Shown: positions 1 through 15,779, counted from the first letter of the stretch. The stretch: DNA of 64,000 bases from Eledone cirrhosa (GCA_964016885.1 OZ024740.1:280674001-280738000); one strand, 5' to 3'. Notes: generated from the sequence alone by a model not told the origin. Numbers and translations are program-made.

Positions 1-166
1 AATGGCGACTTGTTCATCCACTGGGAGAAATGAGGCCGTCTGTTTTCTCTGTTGTTCTTTTTTTTTCTTCGTCCTATTTGTCTTCTACGCTCCGCCTTTT
101 TGATTCCTATTCGATATTGTCTTAGCTACGCGAGTCTATGTAATATATATATATATATATAGTCTA

Positions 167-233
<67 letters not shown>

Positions 234-234
234 A

Positions 235-305
<71 letters not shown>

Positions 306-461
306 AATAATGATAGATTTAGTTTGAAACTGGGTAGACCATTACGCACCAGAGCACTTAATACTTAGTGTAGTAGAGTATGGTTACATTATAAAGAGTC
401 GGGACCCCAATGGCTGAGCTCTTGCCGTTTCAACAACTAGTTTCAGACTAGTTCAGGCTCT

Positions 462-540
<79 letters not shown>

Positions 541-964
541 ATCTATATATATATATATATTTATATATCAAAAGTAAGTGTACAAACCAATCAAGAAGGA
601 GAGATAAGATATTAGTTGTGAGAATTATAAGCCAGTAGTGAAGAGGACAGTGTGCTCAACGCGTATTAAGTGCAAGACAAGCGGACAATGAAAGTAAGCA
701 AGAGAATAATACTTCATGAAAAAAGTGTATATTGATACCATCCGTACTTATCGAATCTCTAATTGATAGATTTTATTTTTACGGACTGAATTGTTGTCTG
801 GTTTCTGAAACAATTGTAAACCAATAAATATTAATAAATATTTTTTCAGGAATTTGGTTGTGCATTCTCTAATAATTGTTTCTACTTTTGGCACAAGGCC
901 AGCAATTACCCAGTGCATTACTGGTATTCTCTAATAATAATAATTATATATATATATATATATA

Positions 965-1915
965 TAATATAGAAATGGCTTCTACAGGACTAGAACTGTT
1001 TCATTCTGGAGAAACCCTCAGAAAGCATCAGGTGCTTCCTGATGATTTCTCCCGAATGGAACAGTTCTAGTTCTGTAGAAGCCATTTCTATATTAAATAT
1101 TAATACTCTGCTATGTATTGAGTACCTTACTTACTGCGGTTACCCCCATGATTCACTAGCACTTTTCCTCCACTATCTTCTTCTTAGTTCCACCTTCTCC
1201 ATCTCACCAGTACTCTCTCCTGTTCCCCCTCTTACTCTACCTTCCACCCATGTTTTCGCCTCTTCTTTCCACCACACCACGTCCTTCTCTCCACCGCACC
1301 GCTAGTCTCCTGCTATTACTTCTACACTTTCTCTCCATTCTCAGCCCTCCATCATATCCAATTTCAAATCCTTCCTCTGCCAGCTCCATTCTACTTTCAA
1401 ACGCTTCTTCCGACCTCTTCCCCTATTTATATCCAATGCTCCTTGCATCTCCAAACTCATCTTCACAAAAAACACGCTACGATAGTCTACATCACCTTTT
1501 ATAAGTCGATGTCTCCACCACCACCTTATTCCCCAAGATTTCCGTGTCAAATTCCACCCCACCTCATACTCTGCTCCCACCACTAAGCCCTGGGCCATCC
1601 TTACGCGCTCCTCTCACCATCTCATGCGGGCGACTATCCGTTCCACTCTCTCTCAAATCCGTTCTCTCTTCAAGATGGCCGACTGAATACGCACAAGTGG
1701 TTTTTTTTCTCCCCATTTTATTTTCTCATTTTCCCCCGTTCTTTCCTCTCATCACTCTTTACTTTCTATTTATATCTCTATCTTCTGACGAAGGTCTAGT
1801 GTCCGAAACGTTAAGACTCTCTTGGTGCTACTTCAAGCGTTAAACTAATATATTTCTTCCATGTACTGTACCATTTGTTTTGTTATTTTTGTTATTTCTG
1901 TTTATCTTTTACCTG

Positions 1916-1916
<1 letters not shown>
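965..1916 (+). mobile_element. Internally deleted PLE remnant with 5' fold-back and 3' minimal hammerhead
   Basis: Fold-back at 965-1095, degraded PLE N-terminal-like codons near 1480-1560, HHR at 1781-1816, flanked by (TA)n on both sides. Confidence 0.55.
1781..1816 (+). ncRNA. Minimal type I hammerhead ribozyme motif
   Basis: TCTT-CTGACGA-A-GGTC-TAGT-GTCC-GAAAC-GT-T-AAGA; stem I TCTT/AAGA, palindromic ACGT stem III. Confidence 0.7.
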
Positions 1917-1982
<66 letters not shown>

Positions 1983-2576
1983 CAAGAGAGTGAAAGGGGT
2001 GAACATTGGACTGTGGGAGGGAATTTATTTAATTTTGTTATGTTCGACCGGAGATTTTAGTATTTTATCAGTACTATACTTATTACGGTGCTTGTTATTT
2101 GAAGCCCTTTATCATATTGAAATATATTACTTGATTGAAATGTTTTGCAGTTTATTACTTTCCATGAATCTAATAATATCTTGCAGCAACCCCCATATTA
2201 TTATTAATATGCGTCATTAACCATGATAGATTCTACTCCAAACCCACACAATCTGCATATTGTGGTTTAGTTGAACCGTACGGGAAACCACTCTAGTTAT
2301 AAATATGATTAAAATGGTAGTAAAAATAACAGAGTATGTGGGTGGACAATCCCAATTTATCAAGGTTCTTCAATATCTATTACATTCCATTGCATAAGTT
2401 CTTACCATTCCCCCTAACGCTGCCTTGTACTTTGTTGTCATTCCTACAATGTTAAAAATTCAGTACCCGGAAACACTTAGAATTCACTAGAAAATTACTT
2501 CCGCAGTGATTCCTCCTGAAATCCATATAAATAAATACAGCACTGAAAATTGTTATCAAAACGTTTATATGAAGTG

Positions 2577-2584
2577 TATAAAGA
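2577..2584 (+). promoter_or_regulatory. Putative TATA box of VWA gene 1
   Basis: TATAAAGA about 90 nt upstream of the signal-peptide ATG at 2667. Confidence 0.4.
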
Positions 2585-2666
2585 GTACATAAAGAAGTGT
2601 TTATGAAGAATATACAGTACATTCGAACAACTAAACTTCCACTTTGAACGTGAATTTACCAAGAAA

Positions 2667-2714
2667 ATGAATACTATTGAAATAATGTATATTGCAGCCA
2701 TTTTTCTAATATTG
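2667..2714 (+). CDS. VWA gene 1 coding exon 1 (signal peptide MNTIEIMYIAAIFLIL)
   Basis: AAAATGA start, hydrophobic stretch, strong donor TTG|GTAAGT in phase 0; joins exon 2 to give ...FLILAQVHS/KS with a V-X-S cleavage motif. Confidence 0.75.
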
Positions 2715-3581
2715 GTAAGTTAAGTTTCATTTTTCGAGTAGTATGAGCGAATCCATTTATTTAATGGAACAACAATGACCAAATCCCTAATATAGAATAT
2801 GAAAATCGTAATTATAACTATCACCATTTATCATAATCTGCAACTAAACGAGAATGAAAAATCCCTAGCTCTTGTGTGACTTTAGTGGGGTCTACTGTGT
2901 TACAATATGCGGCGAATTGGCAACTTTGCCTTTTATCCTTTCGAGGTCGATAAAAACAGTACCAGTCTAGTACTGGGGTGGATTCTTCCTCTATATCTCT
3001 TTCTCATTTCCTCTCTCCCACTTTCTATCTTTCTCTCGAAGAAATCTGCTGTACTACAGAGAAGGATGGGCTCCACAAGGCTTAAAATGCCCAAGAAATG
3101 CCTTATGTCAATACGGCGCCTCTACGACTCTATCAGGAGTTACGGCACCATACATACGTACTGTGTTACAAATATTCGGGTCATCATCCGGTCTGAGAAG
3201 AATTTTCTTTTATCAAACTCCCTGGTAATGCAAAGTATCACGGTCTCTACTCTTCATTCACTGAATTTGTTATTCGAAAATAGAAGATATCGGGATTCAG
3301 TCTTTTCAATTAAATCTATTTAAATGTTCAGAATACATGTTAGTGAGGACACATTCACTGAAAGACATTCTATATTAAATACATTCGAACATATTAGATT
3401 TCAAGTAGAACATTTGTAGAGGAGTATAGATGCAATTAAGTTAACGGACTATTGAATTTTTAAAAATTGATTATGATAAAGTATTCATACATTTGTTTAC
3501 AATTATATATAAATGTATAAAATATCTTGTCCCATATGTTTATGTGACAAAACACAGACGGATAACGCATACATATGTGTG

Positions 3582-3649
<68 letters not shown>

Positions 3650-5992
3650 TGATGCACTCATATTTTATCAGCCAAATTCTAAATTTCAAATATCACCAAC
3701 TTGTTTTAATGTAATGAGCTGACATTAAAATTAGTTTAAATTTGTTTAACTTTGCCTTTCATCCTTACGGGGTCGATAAAATAAAGTACCAGTAATGTAC
3801 TGGGTAATTTCTGGCCTTGTGCCAATAGTAGAAACAATTAAAATTAGTTTAAATTTCAAACTGGAAAAAATATTTCGTTTTAACTCATCTTTGGAAATCT
3901 AGTATTAAATTACTAATCACATTTGTAAGTATACACTTACATATTTACAAACACGATATGAAATTATATGTATAATTTTTCACCAAAGCAGAATGTATTA
4001 CATATGTTATGTTTGACGACTTTCTGTAACTTCTTTCTATAATTATTGTTATTATTTTGACAATGTGGGAATCCCAAACGCAGAAAATAACAATAATTGG
4101 TCGCTATAAATAATAGCTTAAAAGGAAAAATGTGGCCAGCAGCCACTACATATCTCTGTAAAGACTGTTGGTCACTTCTGTCCATAAGGGTATTTTATCC
4201 TATTTCGTAAGCTATTATTTATAGCAATCGATTGTTGTTCTAGTTATTTTTCGCGTTTGGGATTCCAACATTTCTAACATTTCAAATCACCCAACATTTC
4301 GGTAATTCATAAGAATTATATTTATTCTCTTTAAATTTCACCGTTTAGTTGGCTTTACGCAATGGAAATTTTGTTAAATTAACCAATCTAAGAGAAACAG
4401 TTTATGTTAGTAAGAGAAAGTATGCAAAACTATATTTAAGTATTTTACATAAAAATTAAGAGCCTTTTAGAATTACCAAAATGTATTTTTTCTAATTTAA
4501 TTCTGTTTCCCATTTCTCTCATTTACAGAATTCATTTATCGAATTTCAATACGTTTCATATTACAGCATGTCTTTCAATAGCTTGGTTTTAACATGTCAT
4601 TTAGTTCGTTACTCGCTTTTCAAACAACAGAAGAAAATAAGAGGAAGAATAGGGCTTTAAATAGCAAAACGAATTCATGACTTTGTTTTCATTTGCTTTA
4701 TACTAGCAATGTCCTCCATTGAATATCACCTCGTTTAATGCGTATGCTTCTTTTCTTTTTACCTCCTAAGTAACAAATGGTAGATGTAATTAAGAAAGAA
4801 TTGCAAATATCAAACACACATTTTACAACTTTCCACTTTAGTTAGAACTATCTCAAATTATCGAAGAACATGCAGGGCGTATGGTGGATATGGACAACAT
4901 ACATCAACTGGTCCTTATGTGAGTCAGTATGGAATCTGAAAAGACATTGAAGACACCATTTACTCATAATACTCAGATTACTCGTAAAACAGCAACAAAA
5001 AGAGAAAGCTGATACATATATATAAATGGAACAGCGAAATATGAACATTTAAATGTTCATTTATTTTAATTAAAATGTTACCGTAGGATATGAGATATTT
5101 TCTAACAGAAATATACTTGTCGCCAATTTCCGGGCCATTGAATTTGCTGAATGGCATGCCATCGTAACCAATTTGAAATATGGGTCGCTTCAAAATATGT
5201 TATGTCATTAATAAGATAAATATAATAGTTATTTTGCTTATTTAGTAATTGTGTGAGGAACGGCTTCTTACAGTCTGCTGAACTACTGATGTGAATAGGT
5301 AGACATGGTATTACTAATTTAATTTCTTTCTGAAAGAATGATTTCTATATTAACCTTTACGAGTTCAGTCTGTAAGGGAGGTAGGCTGGCAGAGTAATTA
5401 GGGCAGCAGATAACATTTTTTTGTGGTATTTATTCCGGCCCTCCGTGTTCTGAGTTCAAATCTCGCCGAAGTCAACTTTGCCTGTCCTCTTTTCGTGTTC
5501 GATTTAATCGACCCTCTCACTTTCTGGCATTCTATTTAAATTAGAAACCATTATTTCAGTCTGTACTATGTTGGCTTGACGGTCTTCTATAATGGAAAAC
5601 CAGATTCAAAAAATAAAAATATTCGCAGATTCCAGCAAATAGTCCACTGCGGTGGATTGGCTGTATCGGTAGAGCGTCGGACAATATGCTTTACGACATA
5701 GAGTTACGGTTCTTTACGTTCTGAGTTCAAATCCCGCCGAGGTTAGCTTTCCTTTCATCCTTACAGGGTCGATAAAGTAAAGTACTAGTAACACACTGGG
5801 GTCGATTTAATAGACTTATCCCTCCCTTTCCAATTGCTGGCCATGTGCCAAATGTAGAAACAATTATTTTATACTAAAACTACAACTAAAGTTAAAACTA
5901 TATATAAAGGTGTTCTATATTTTACGTTTAATATCTAATATATCTTATACTTTAATAACTAACAATTAATCCATTTCTTTTTTTGTTTATAG

Positions 5993-6023
5993 GCTCAGGT
6001 TCATAGCAAGTCCATAGAAACAC
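5993..6023 (+). CDS. VWA gene 1 exon 2 (AQVHSKSIET)
   Basis: Long polypyrimidine tract with TAG acceptor, donor GTATGT, phase 0 to 1; C+AA gives Gln joining the VWA exon in frame. Confidence 0.8.
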
Positions 6024-6541
6024 GTATGTACCCTTTTCGAAAGTAATAATGCAATTTTAAGATTGTTATATAATGGAAAATATATGAATTAATAGAAGAA
6101 ATCTATTAGGCTGTTGTTAAGAGGATACTAACAATATTAATATTTAAGAGGGGAAATGAGAAGCTGAAAGTTTCTGTCCTTTCAGAAGTCATTGATAAGC
6201 TGGGAAAAGGTGATATGTTTTAAAAGAGGTGAAAGATAACGCATCACAAACTAGCTACGTCGAGGATTTATTAATATAGATATCTAAAGTAATTGGATAT
6301 AAATATATGCTACAGATTGCAACAGTTCGGAAATTGTGCTTACACACGCTGTTTATTAGTAGATATATTTGAATTGAATTCAGAGTGGAAAGGAACTTGT
6401 ATAAATATTGCAGGTTTCAGCATTATTGTATCTCCACCACCTTCATTGTAGATATACAGTTTAGAAATATAATTATACTAAATGTAGCTTGTCAAATATG
6501 TACAAAAGTTTTGAAATATATTTATAACATTTTATTTACAG

Positions 6542-7105
6542 AATGTAGCGGGAAGGCAGCAAATATTGTATTTGTTATGGACTCATCAAGTAGTATTTGG
6601 GTTGTTGACTACAGAAGGCAGATAACATTTGCCCAGAAACTCATAAAAAACTTTCATATTGGGCAAAGTAATTCACATGTGCGAGTTGGCGCCATAACAT
6701 TTAGTGATCGTGCGCATTTGGAATTCTCTCTCGATAAATTCACCAACAAAGAGGATTTGGAAACAGCTTTAGGTGCAATTCCTTATAGAAAAGGGCAGAC
6801 CAATACAGCGGAAGCATTACAGCTTTTAATGAAAGAAGTGAAACCGAAACTGAAAATATATACAGCACCATTCATTGCGATTGTCATAACTGATGGAAAA
6901 TCCCGTGATGCAAATTCTACTCGGAACGCCGCAAAGTTACTCCATGATGCTGGGGTAAACGTCTATGCTATAGGAGTTGGATATAATCTAGATACCAAAG
7001 AGTTAAACGCAATAGCAAGTGACCCTGTACATAATGTCCTCCTCGTCGCTAGCTATACAGCTTTGGAGAAAATTGCCAGCTCTTTTGGTGTTAAAACCTG
7101 TAAAG
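6542..7105 (+). CDS. VWA gene 1 exon 3: von Willebrand factor A domain (matrilin/collagen VI-like)
   Basis: CSGKAANIVFVMDSSSSI (DxSxS MIDAS), VRVGAITFS, GQTNTAEAL, IVITDGKS, VYAIGVG, terminal Cys; acceptor TTTACAG, donor AG|GTATGT, phase 1-1, 564 nt. Confidence 0.95.
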
Positions 7106-7696
7106 GTATGTGCATATAAAATACATAAATAATATACACTTTATTTCATTGCTAATCTTGTGACTAGTTATCTTTAATCAATGTTTTACAAATACGTATT
7201 TCATACGATCTGATCATGATTTCATTATTGGTTAAGTGACTTTGAGGAACACTAAAACGAAAAAAGTGTGTCCGTTTGTTTTCCTGTGTGCCAAAAAGGT
7301 TGATTACTTATTGGGAAACATTTTGTATCACTTTTTCTTGTTCAAATATTTATACTGGCGATTTCATATTTCAAATTCATCAAGAATAGTTAAATAAAAA
7401 TAAACCAGAACAGTGAAGAATGTATTTCGTTTTTTATATCTAGAATAAAAAAGTTGATTGAAAATATGAAGTAGATTTTCATGAATTTAATTGTAAATAA
7501 GCATTATCTATCTGAAATAATTATGGCTAATTATTAGGACAACATTATAGAGTTAAAGGTACTTACAATATCAGATATTGTAAACCTATGGATATATGTT
7601 CCATACTAATAAATATAAAATTATATGAGTTACTCTTATGCACTGAAACTATTTTCTCATTTCGACTCTTACACATCAATTCATAAAATCTTTCAG

Positions 7697-7726
7697 CTTT
7701 GTACTCCTCTACGGCTAAGGATGTAG
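7697..7726 (+). CDS. VWA gene 1 probable 30-nt micro-exon (ALYSSTAKDV)
   Basis: TCTTTCAG acceptor, AG|GTTTGC donor, symmetric phase 1-1, open frame. Confidence 0.55.
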   Translation, partial: LCTPLRLRM

Positions 7727-8046
7727 GTTTGCATACAATCTCGTAACATTTCGAGCGAAATTAAGTTTGTACAATAAAAAACATAATAGATGCTTCTAAG
7801 AAACAAGTAAATGAGTATAACAAATTATGTTAAAAGTCTGAATACTAAAAGGGGAAATGAGATCTTATGAGTTTCATCACTTTCCTAATTACAAATTCAG
7901 CATAAAAATATCGATATCCAAGCTGAGATTGAATCCGAATCACTGAATGAAAGGAGTCTAGTCACTTTATTTTTTTCTTGTATTGGTTTCAGCTATAAAC
8001 CTATTTATATTTTAAATCAAATTTTATAACGTACATTCTATTTCAG

Positions 8047-8247
8047 CTATTACAACTTTACCAACAACAATACCAACAACAATACCAACAACAATACCAA
8101 CAACAATGTCAACAACAATGTCAACAACAATGCCAACAACACTTCAAACTACAACCACAACACCAGTACATACTACAACAACTACGACAGTAACAACTCT
8201 ACCGACCACGACAACAACAGAAATGCCCCTCCAACGAGACCAGTCAA
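8047..8247 (+). CDS. VWA gene 1 Thr-rich mucin-like linker exon
   Basis: TTTCAG acceptor, A|GTAAGT donor, phase 1-1; encodes (P/S)TT(I/M) repeats and poly-Thr. Confidence 0.9.
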
Positions 8248-8393
8248 GTAAGTTTCGCTAAATATTGGCACGTGAAACATTTTAAGATTGGCAAAGCAGG
8301 AATGAACAATTGGAATTAGATAATAAAACATTCTAGTAAACCAGGTGGCTAGCTAGCATGTAGAAAGATAAATTTCCTTCCATTATTAAATGA

Positions 8394-8585
8394 AGGGCGG
8401 TGAATTGGCAGTATCGGTAGAGGGTCGGACGCCATGCTTTCTAGCATAGTTACGTCCCTTTACAGTCTGTGTTCAAATCCCGCCGAGGTTAACTTTGCCT
8501 TTCATCCTTACGGGGTCGATAAAATAAAGTAACAGTAATGTACTGGGTAATTGCTGGCCTTGTGCCTAAAGTAGAAACAATTATT
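8394..8585 (+). mobile_element. Full-length Deu/Nin-domain tRNA-SINE with TSD
   Basis: Same family; TSD ATTATTAAATGAAG at 8382 and 8580. Other copies or fragments at ~873-925(-), 3745-3840, 5375-5555, 5648-5866, 25533-25645(-). Confidence 0.9.
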
Positions 8586-8623
8586 AAATGAAGAATTAGA
8601 ATTCCGTATTAATTAGTCCTCAA

Positions 8624-8671
<48 letters not shown>

Positions 8672-8874
8672 ATGTATGACCCCGACGGCAGAGATCAAGC
8701 CGTTTCGACAGCTATTTCTGGACTAAATTCAGAATTTAGTCCAGAAATAGCCGTCGAAACGGCTTGAGCTCTACCGTCCGGGTCATACATTTTCCTATTA
8801 CCCACTCTAATACACTAAGTATTGAGTACTCTGGTGCGTTATGGTACATCTGGTTCCTTACTACAACTCCTTCG

Positions 8875-8936
<62 letters not shown>

Positions 8937-8964
8937 GTGGTTACACAACAGTTAGTTCACCATA

Positions 8965-9004
8965 CCGAGAACAATTGTTTCACCTTAGCGGATCCTCAGC
9001 TCAG
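8965..9004 (-). ncRNA. Minimal type I hammerhead motif (same family as 14758/14806)
   Basis: Minus strand CTGAG-CTGAGGA-TCCGCTAAGGT-GAAAC-AATT-GT-T-CTCGG. Confidence 0.65.
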
Positions 9005-9559
9005 AATTGGCATGGTTATAGGAACAGGAATATGTGTGTGTGTGTGCATGTGTGTGTGTGTGTTTATTGGCAACAAAGTATAACAATATATATATATATC
9101 ATAAAACGATGGTTTCATGAGCCAACGAAGCTTGCAGAACTCCATGCTATGGATGTTAGTCATAACTTCAAACTAATGTGCATATAAATGACCGAAGGAG
9201 TCTCATGTGTAAAAATGAGAAAAAAAAATGAAAGAATAAAAATGATAGAGAGGAGGTAATTCTGGTATGTAAACCAGTTTGTACTTTCAAAAAATAGCTG
9301 GGACAAACGAAAAATACATGCATATATATTATCAATAATTATCAACATATATCTATACACCCATTTACATGTACGCACACATACTCGTGCTGACCGAAAT
9401 TTAACTTTGATTGGGAGGAAATGTAGAAAAGGAAAGAATAAGGGGAGAAAAGCAACAGATGGATATGAAGGTAGTAAGTTCGTGTTCAGGGAGTTGATGC
9501 TAGTCTGGTAGTGTTAAACCCGTCGTTAGTAAGGAGAGTTGTATATAAAGTGAATGGAT

Positions 9560-9890
9560 GATATTCTGAGAGAGGTTATGGTTGAAAATGTTGTAAAATA
9601 AGGTATGAAGGTTGCAAACTTGATTTGTCCGTTTAGCTGCAAAGGATTTAGATCTAGAAACTGGTATCTCTGAGAAGATACTAAATATTTCTAAAACTAT
9701 AAGTAATTCCTGAAAATCTCACGTTTAGAGGATTTTAAATCCTGGAATATTCTTGGTTTTATCATTGGTACTAAGCATAGTTGATGTATGTTTTGGGTCT
9801 TTTCCAGTATTCTCCATTTTATTTCATGGGGTTTAAGTTTGTATTTTTATTCCAATGCATGTTTCACCAGGGTAGGCAATGGTTTTAATT
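9560..9890 (-). mobile_element. Degraded PLE GIY-YIG C-terminal fragment in gene 1 last intron
   Basis: Minus translation TLVKHALE*K...EIKWRILEK...LCL resembles the TTLAKKIWELK...INWS..L...CRLC part of the PLE at 58900-59040. Confidence 0.45.
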
Positions 9891-10243
9891 AAGAGTCTCT
9901 GAGAGTCGAAACATACGAGTAAAATTTAATAAGGTTATAAACATGTGTGTTATAAAATAGCAGAAAATTGAGGACTATAATAAAAACATCATAAAGTGAA
10001 AACTACTCATTTCTGATAAACATCTAGAACATTCTACATTCATCAGCTTCCTCATACTCAATTTCCTTTCTTTTGAAAAAAGAGTTCTCACACGAAAATA
10101 TAAAATATTACGTTGCCTTGTTTTGTGTTTTAAATTACTCTTATTTTCACATATATTTATAACATGCATTTACTGGCTTTCCTAAAACAATCTCAACCAC
10201 AGTATTCTCTGATTTAATAAATATAACTTTCTTCTTTTTAAAG

Positions 10244-10791
10244 GTACTGTCTCATTTGGATATGATATTTTAACCTTGGGGTTATACCGCACCGATATGA
10301 TTACACAGTTTATTAACATGATGCTTCCAAACACAATATATGGAAGTTTCAGAACATTCTCTTTCGTTGACTGTTCTCAAAGTTATAGTCAGCCCTTCAC
10401 CAGTTTAATTAATAAAACAAGCTCTGACATTGAAGAAATCCTTAAACCAGTACCTCATGGATTAGCTGATATTGTACGAAATATGAGAACAGGACTCACT
10501 ATGCATCCAAATTTATACACAAAACAATTAGCTGTTTTATTCATGGATGCATCACTGACTATTATAACTCCTAAATTGATATCCGAAATAGAGAATCTTA
10601 AACAGTTAGGAACTCAAGTATACTTAGTCAATATTGGACAAAATATATGGCCGAATGTTCAGACGTTTTACTCTCTAAGCAGTCAACCCTACAATTATTA
10701 TATTCAAAATATTCCAACTTATAATCAACTAGTGTATAGAGCCCAACACTCCCCATGCAGTTTTCGGCCAATGTGTAATCAAACTATCTGA
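10244..10791 (+). CDS. VWA gene 1 terminal exon: divergent, possibly degenerate VWA-like domain
   Basis: Polypyrimidine + AAG acceptor in phase 1 continuing into ORF 10276..10791; TGA followed directly by AATAAA (10792-10797); LKQLGTQVYLVNIG...LSSQP resembles the VWA C-terminal half. Confidence 0.85.
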
Positions 10792-10851
10792 AATAAATAT
10801 TTACTTAAAAAAAGCACATAATGTTTTGCAACTTCATTTACCCCCCCCCCC

Positions 10852-10899
<48 letters not shown>

Positions 10900-10901
<2 letters not shown>

Positions 10902-11040
10902 GAGGTTCAACTGAAAAGTTCATAGGCTGACTATGAAGGATTGGTGCTACATCTTGGAAATCTTGGCATGCATGAATTTCAACTCTTATTAATAACGGCA
11001 ATATTACTTTCCGCTTATGAACCTTTCAGTCGGCCCTCGA
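10900..11040. mobile_element. Mariner/Tc1-like MITE
   Basis: Imperfect TIRs CGAGG..C..CTGAAAAGTTCATA and TATGAACCTTTCAGTCGGCCCTCG next to TA; related copies at 23272-23375 (partial) and 62580-62787. Confidence 0.65.
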
Positions 11041-11104
11041 GTATGTATGTATATATGCATGCATGCATGTATATATATAGAGAGAGCGAGAGAGAGAGAG
11101 AGAG

Positions 11105-11330
11105 AGGAACGATCGACTTTCGTCAAATCGGACCGAGGAAACAATGTTTCCATTGGTCTTTCCAATTGCTAATACTATCTATCGGTCGCAACTCCAGATA
11201 GAAGGAGCAACGTGAAATAAAGTGTCTTGTATCTTGCTCAAGGACATAACGTATTGCCCGGTTCGGGAATCGAGCTCACAACCTCACGATTGAGAATCCA
11301 ATTCTCTAACCACTCAGTCACACGCCTTCA
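11105..11330 (-). mobile_element. tRNA-derived SINE with Meta-like core
   Basis: Minus strand A box TGACTGAGTGG, B-box-like GCTCGATTCC, core TGTCCTTGAGCAAGA..CAC; close copy at 49647-49864. Confidence 0.75.
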
Positions 11331-11336
11331 CAATAA

Positions 11337-12939
<1,603 letters not shown>

Positions 12940-13062
12940 GGAGGTGAGTTTTATTGTAGTACAATAAAGCAATGCAGACATCGGATAAGAAGCACTCTAC
13001 AGTTTGTAGGACTGGAGTATACATAATATATAAGATCAAAAGATGGTTAAATGAGTTCCATG

Positions 13063-13133
13063 TATTTTATTATGCGCATTTCAAAAACAAATATCACCAT
13101 GCAATAACATTTGTGTTTTCATCAGATAAAATA
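13063..13133 (-). ncRNA. Type I hammerhead ribozyme motif
   Basis: Minus strand TATTTTAT-CTGATGA-long stem II-GAAAT-GCGC-AT-A-ATAAAATA; 8-bp stem I, palindromic ATGCGCAT stem III. Confidence 0.8.
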
Positions 13134-13491
13134 GGAAGACATGATATGAAGGTTAAAAACACTTGTGGATAGTGCAGTTTTAAATCAACATATGAAAAGT
13201 AGTTTTAGATTGATGTGTGATATTGGGGAACATTTTTTTTTTGAGGGGTGGGGAGGTTGGAAAGGATAAAAAAGAGGAGGAGATGAGAGTAAAAAGTGGA
13301 GGGGAGGAGTATAATGAGGAAGGATGAGATAGGAGGAGAGATGGGTGATAGAGAGAGAGAGAGATAGCTTTTATAACTGAGAAAAATATATTGCTTTACA
13401 TAGAGAGGTTGAAAAACCGTTGGAAGATAATGTATAAATTAAAAGAATTTGAAAATTAACGAAGAGAACAATAATGTAAAGTTAAGGTTTG

Positions 13492-13668
13492 TATATTGAA
13501 GGGTTTAATAATATGTGCGATGAAAATAAATTGTTAATATGTATTAAGAATAATATTTGAGGGTTTAATAATATGTGCGATGGAAAGAAAATGTTAATAT
13601 GTATTAAGAATAATATTTAAGGGTTTAATAATATGTACGATGGAAAGAAAATGTTGATATGTATTATT
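13492..13668. repeat. 60-bp minisatellite, about 3 copies
   Basis: GGGTTTAATAATATGT recurs at 13501, 13561 and 13621. Confidence 0.85.
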
Positions 13669-14584
13669 AAAAAAAACAAAAGTAATGTAAGTAAGGATAT
13701 ATTGTGAGATGAGCATGAATAAGTTAGATGAAAGTGAGAAAAAATAATGAATAGAGGATGAATAATCTAACGTCAAAAAAAATGTTTATGTTTACGAAGG
13801 ATTTTTTCAAGGTGATATAAAGTAAGAATATAGTGTATTGTGTAATAATTGTTTCTATGTTAGGCACAGTGAGAAAAGGTACAGATTAGGGGTTAGAAAT
13901 TAAAAGAAAAAGAAAAGAAAAGGAAAAGGCAGAAAGGAAAGTGATAAATAGGAGTGATATAGAATATAATAAATAACTTTGAAATAAGGTAGAAACATGG
14001 GTATATTTTTAAAGAAGTATATATATATATATATATATATGCCTTTGAGAAAAGGATTCTGAATTGGTAAAGTTTAGGATATTAGCTGTATACTTTATGG
14101 AAAGTTCTGTGGAATTTATGCAAGCAGATAGAAAACAAGTCAGTGCGTCTATTTATTATAGAATCTAAATTAGATATAATGGTAAATTTTTCATTTAGAC
14201 AGAGATTGCAAGTCTTGGATAGAGAAGAAGCAGAGGAAACCTTTTTCCAAGAGATGTTATATTTAATATTTTTGTCTTTCAAGGACACAGCTCTCTCAGA
14301 ACGCATATGGTCCTTGAAAGACAAAAATATTAAATATAACATCTCCTAGAATTCTGCCTTGACAAAGGCTAAGGGCTCATCTCTCCCGGTGATTTTGGAT
14401 GGCCATTGACTCTTAAGAGCTCCTTTGTCCTTTGACAGGTTTTGTTTTTAGTCCTGCAGGATGTCCAAAGTCACCCTCCTCACAAAGAAACCTTGGTGGG
14501 GTTGCCAGTTTAGTCGCCAACGACCCGACCATGAGACAGGTTGTACTGGGATACATGTTACCAGTAGCACCAACTGGTGACCTG

Positions 14585-14878
<294 letters not shown>

Positions 14879-15666
14879 CCTAACTCGTCCCTTGGACTGA
14901 GTGTTCTACCACTACGGATATTACCTTCCAGTGTTCCACCACTCTCACTCTCTATATATATATATTTATATTTTGGAATAGTCAACGAAATAAGAAAAAA
15001 GTCTTTACCTACTTACTTTAATGTCCCGACTGCAGTTTCGCTGAGTAACAATAATATTATGAGTATTGTGAGAAACTCAGCTCCAGAGGAAATTTCTCAA
15101 TGAAGAAAGAAAATTCAAGAAAATTCAAGACAGAAAAATCCTTCCGCGTTACCCGCCACGAGTGATAATTTCATATGGTAACTGAAATATATATATTTAA
15201 GAGTTTTAATAATAATTATTATGGCTCAAGTATAATCTCTACTTAAATGTTTTTACGAGATACTTTTACACATGGTGAATGACCAACCATTAAATGATAA
15301 TTGAGGCAAAAATCTAGATTAAAATCAATCCGATTGTTTTCTGAAAATCGACTGAAATTTAAAACAGCCTAAATGTCCAAGAGTTAAATTTTCTAATTAA
15401 AGATAATTTCTGCGAGATAATAGGAAAATGTTGAAAAATTAATGATTTTACCAATAAAAGCTTTTCGTTTAATTAGTTTTGAGATTTTATAGCAGTTAAA
15501 AACGGATTTTTCTTTCTCAATTTACAATGAACACGCCCCCCTTTTATTCTTTTCCTGGTATCGACCATTGGACAATTGTAATGCTGGAGCAGTGTTTTCT
15601 AGGATTTTTGCTCGACTATATCGACACTAATTTATCTGATAATTACTAACACAATGTTTTCAAACG

Positions 15667-15779
<113 letters not shown>

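Larger units (their letters stand above)
12940..14345 (-). mobile_element. 5'-truncated PLE (endonuclease C-terminus + 3' region with HHR), with 5' inversion
   Basis: ORF 14082-14342(-) SLKDKNIKYNISWK...CNLCLNEK...INRRTDLFSICLH; inverted repeat 14251-14286/14310-14345; HHR at 13063-13133. Confidence 0.8.

Noticed and set aside
4842-4918. Open segment with AG and GTGAGT boundaries in gene 1 intron 1
   Set aside because: Phase 1-0 does not fit after the phase-0 exon 1, and it would split the signal peptide
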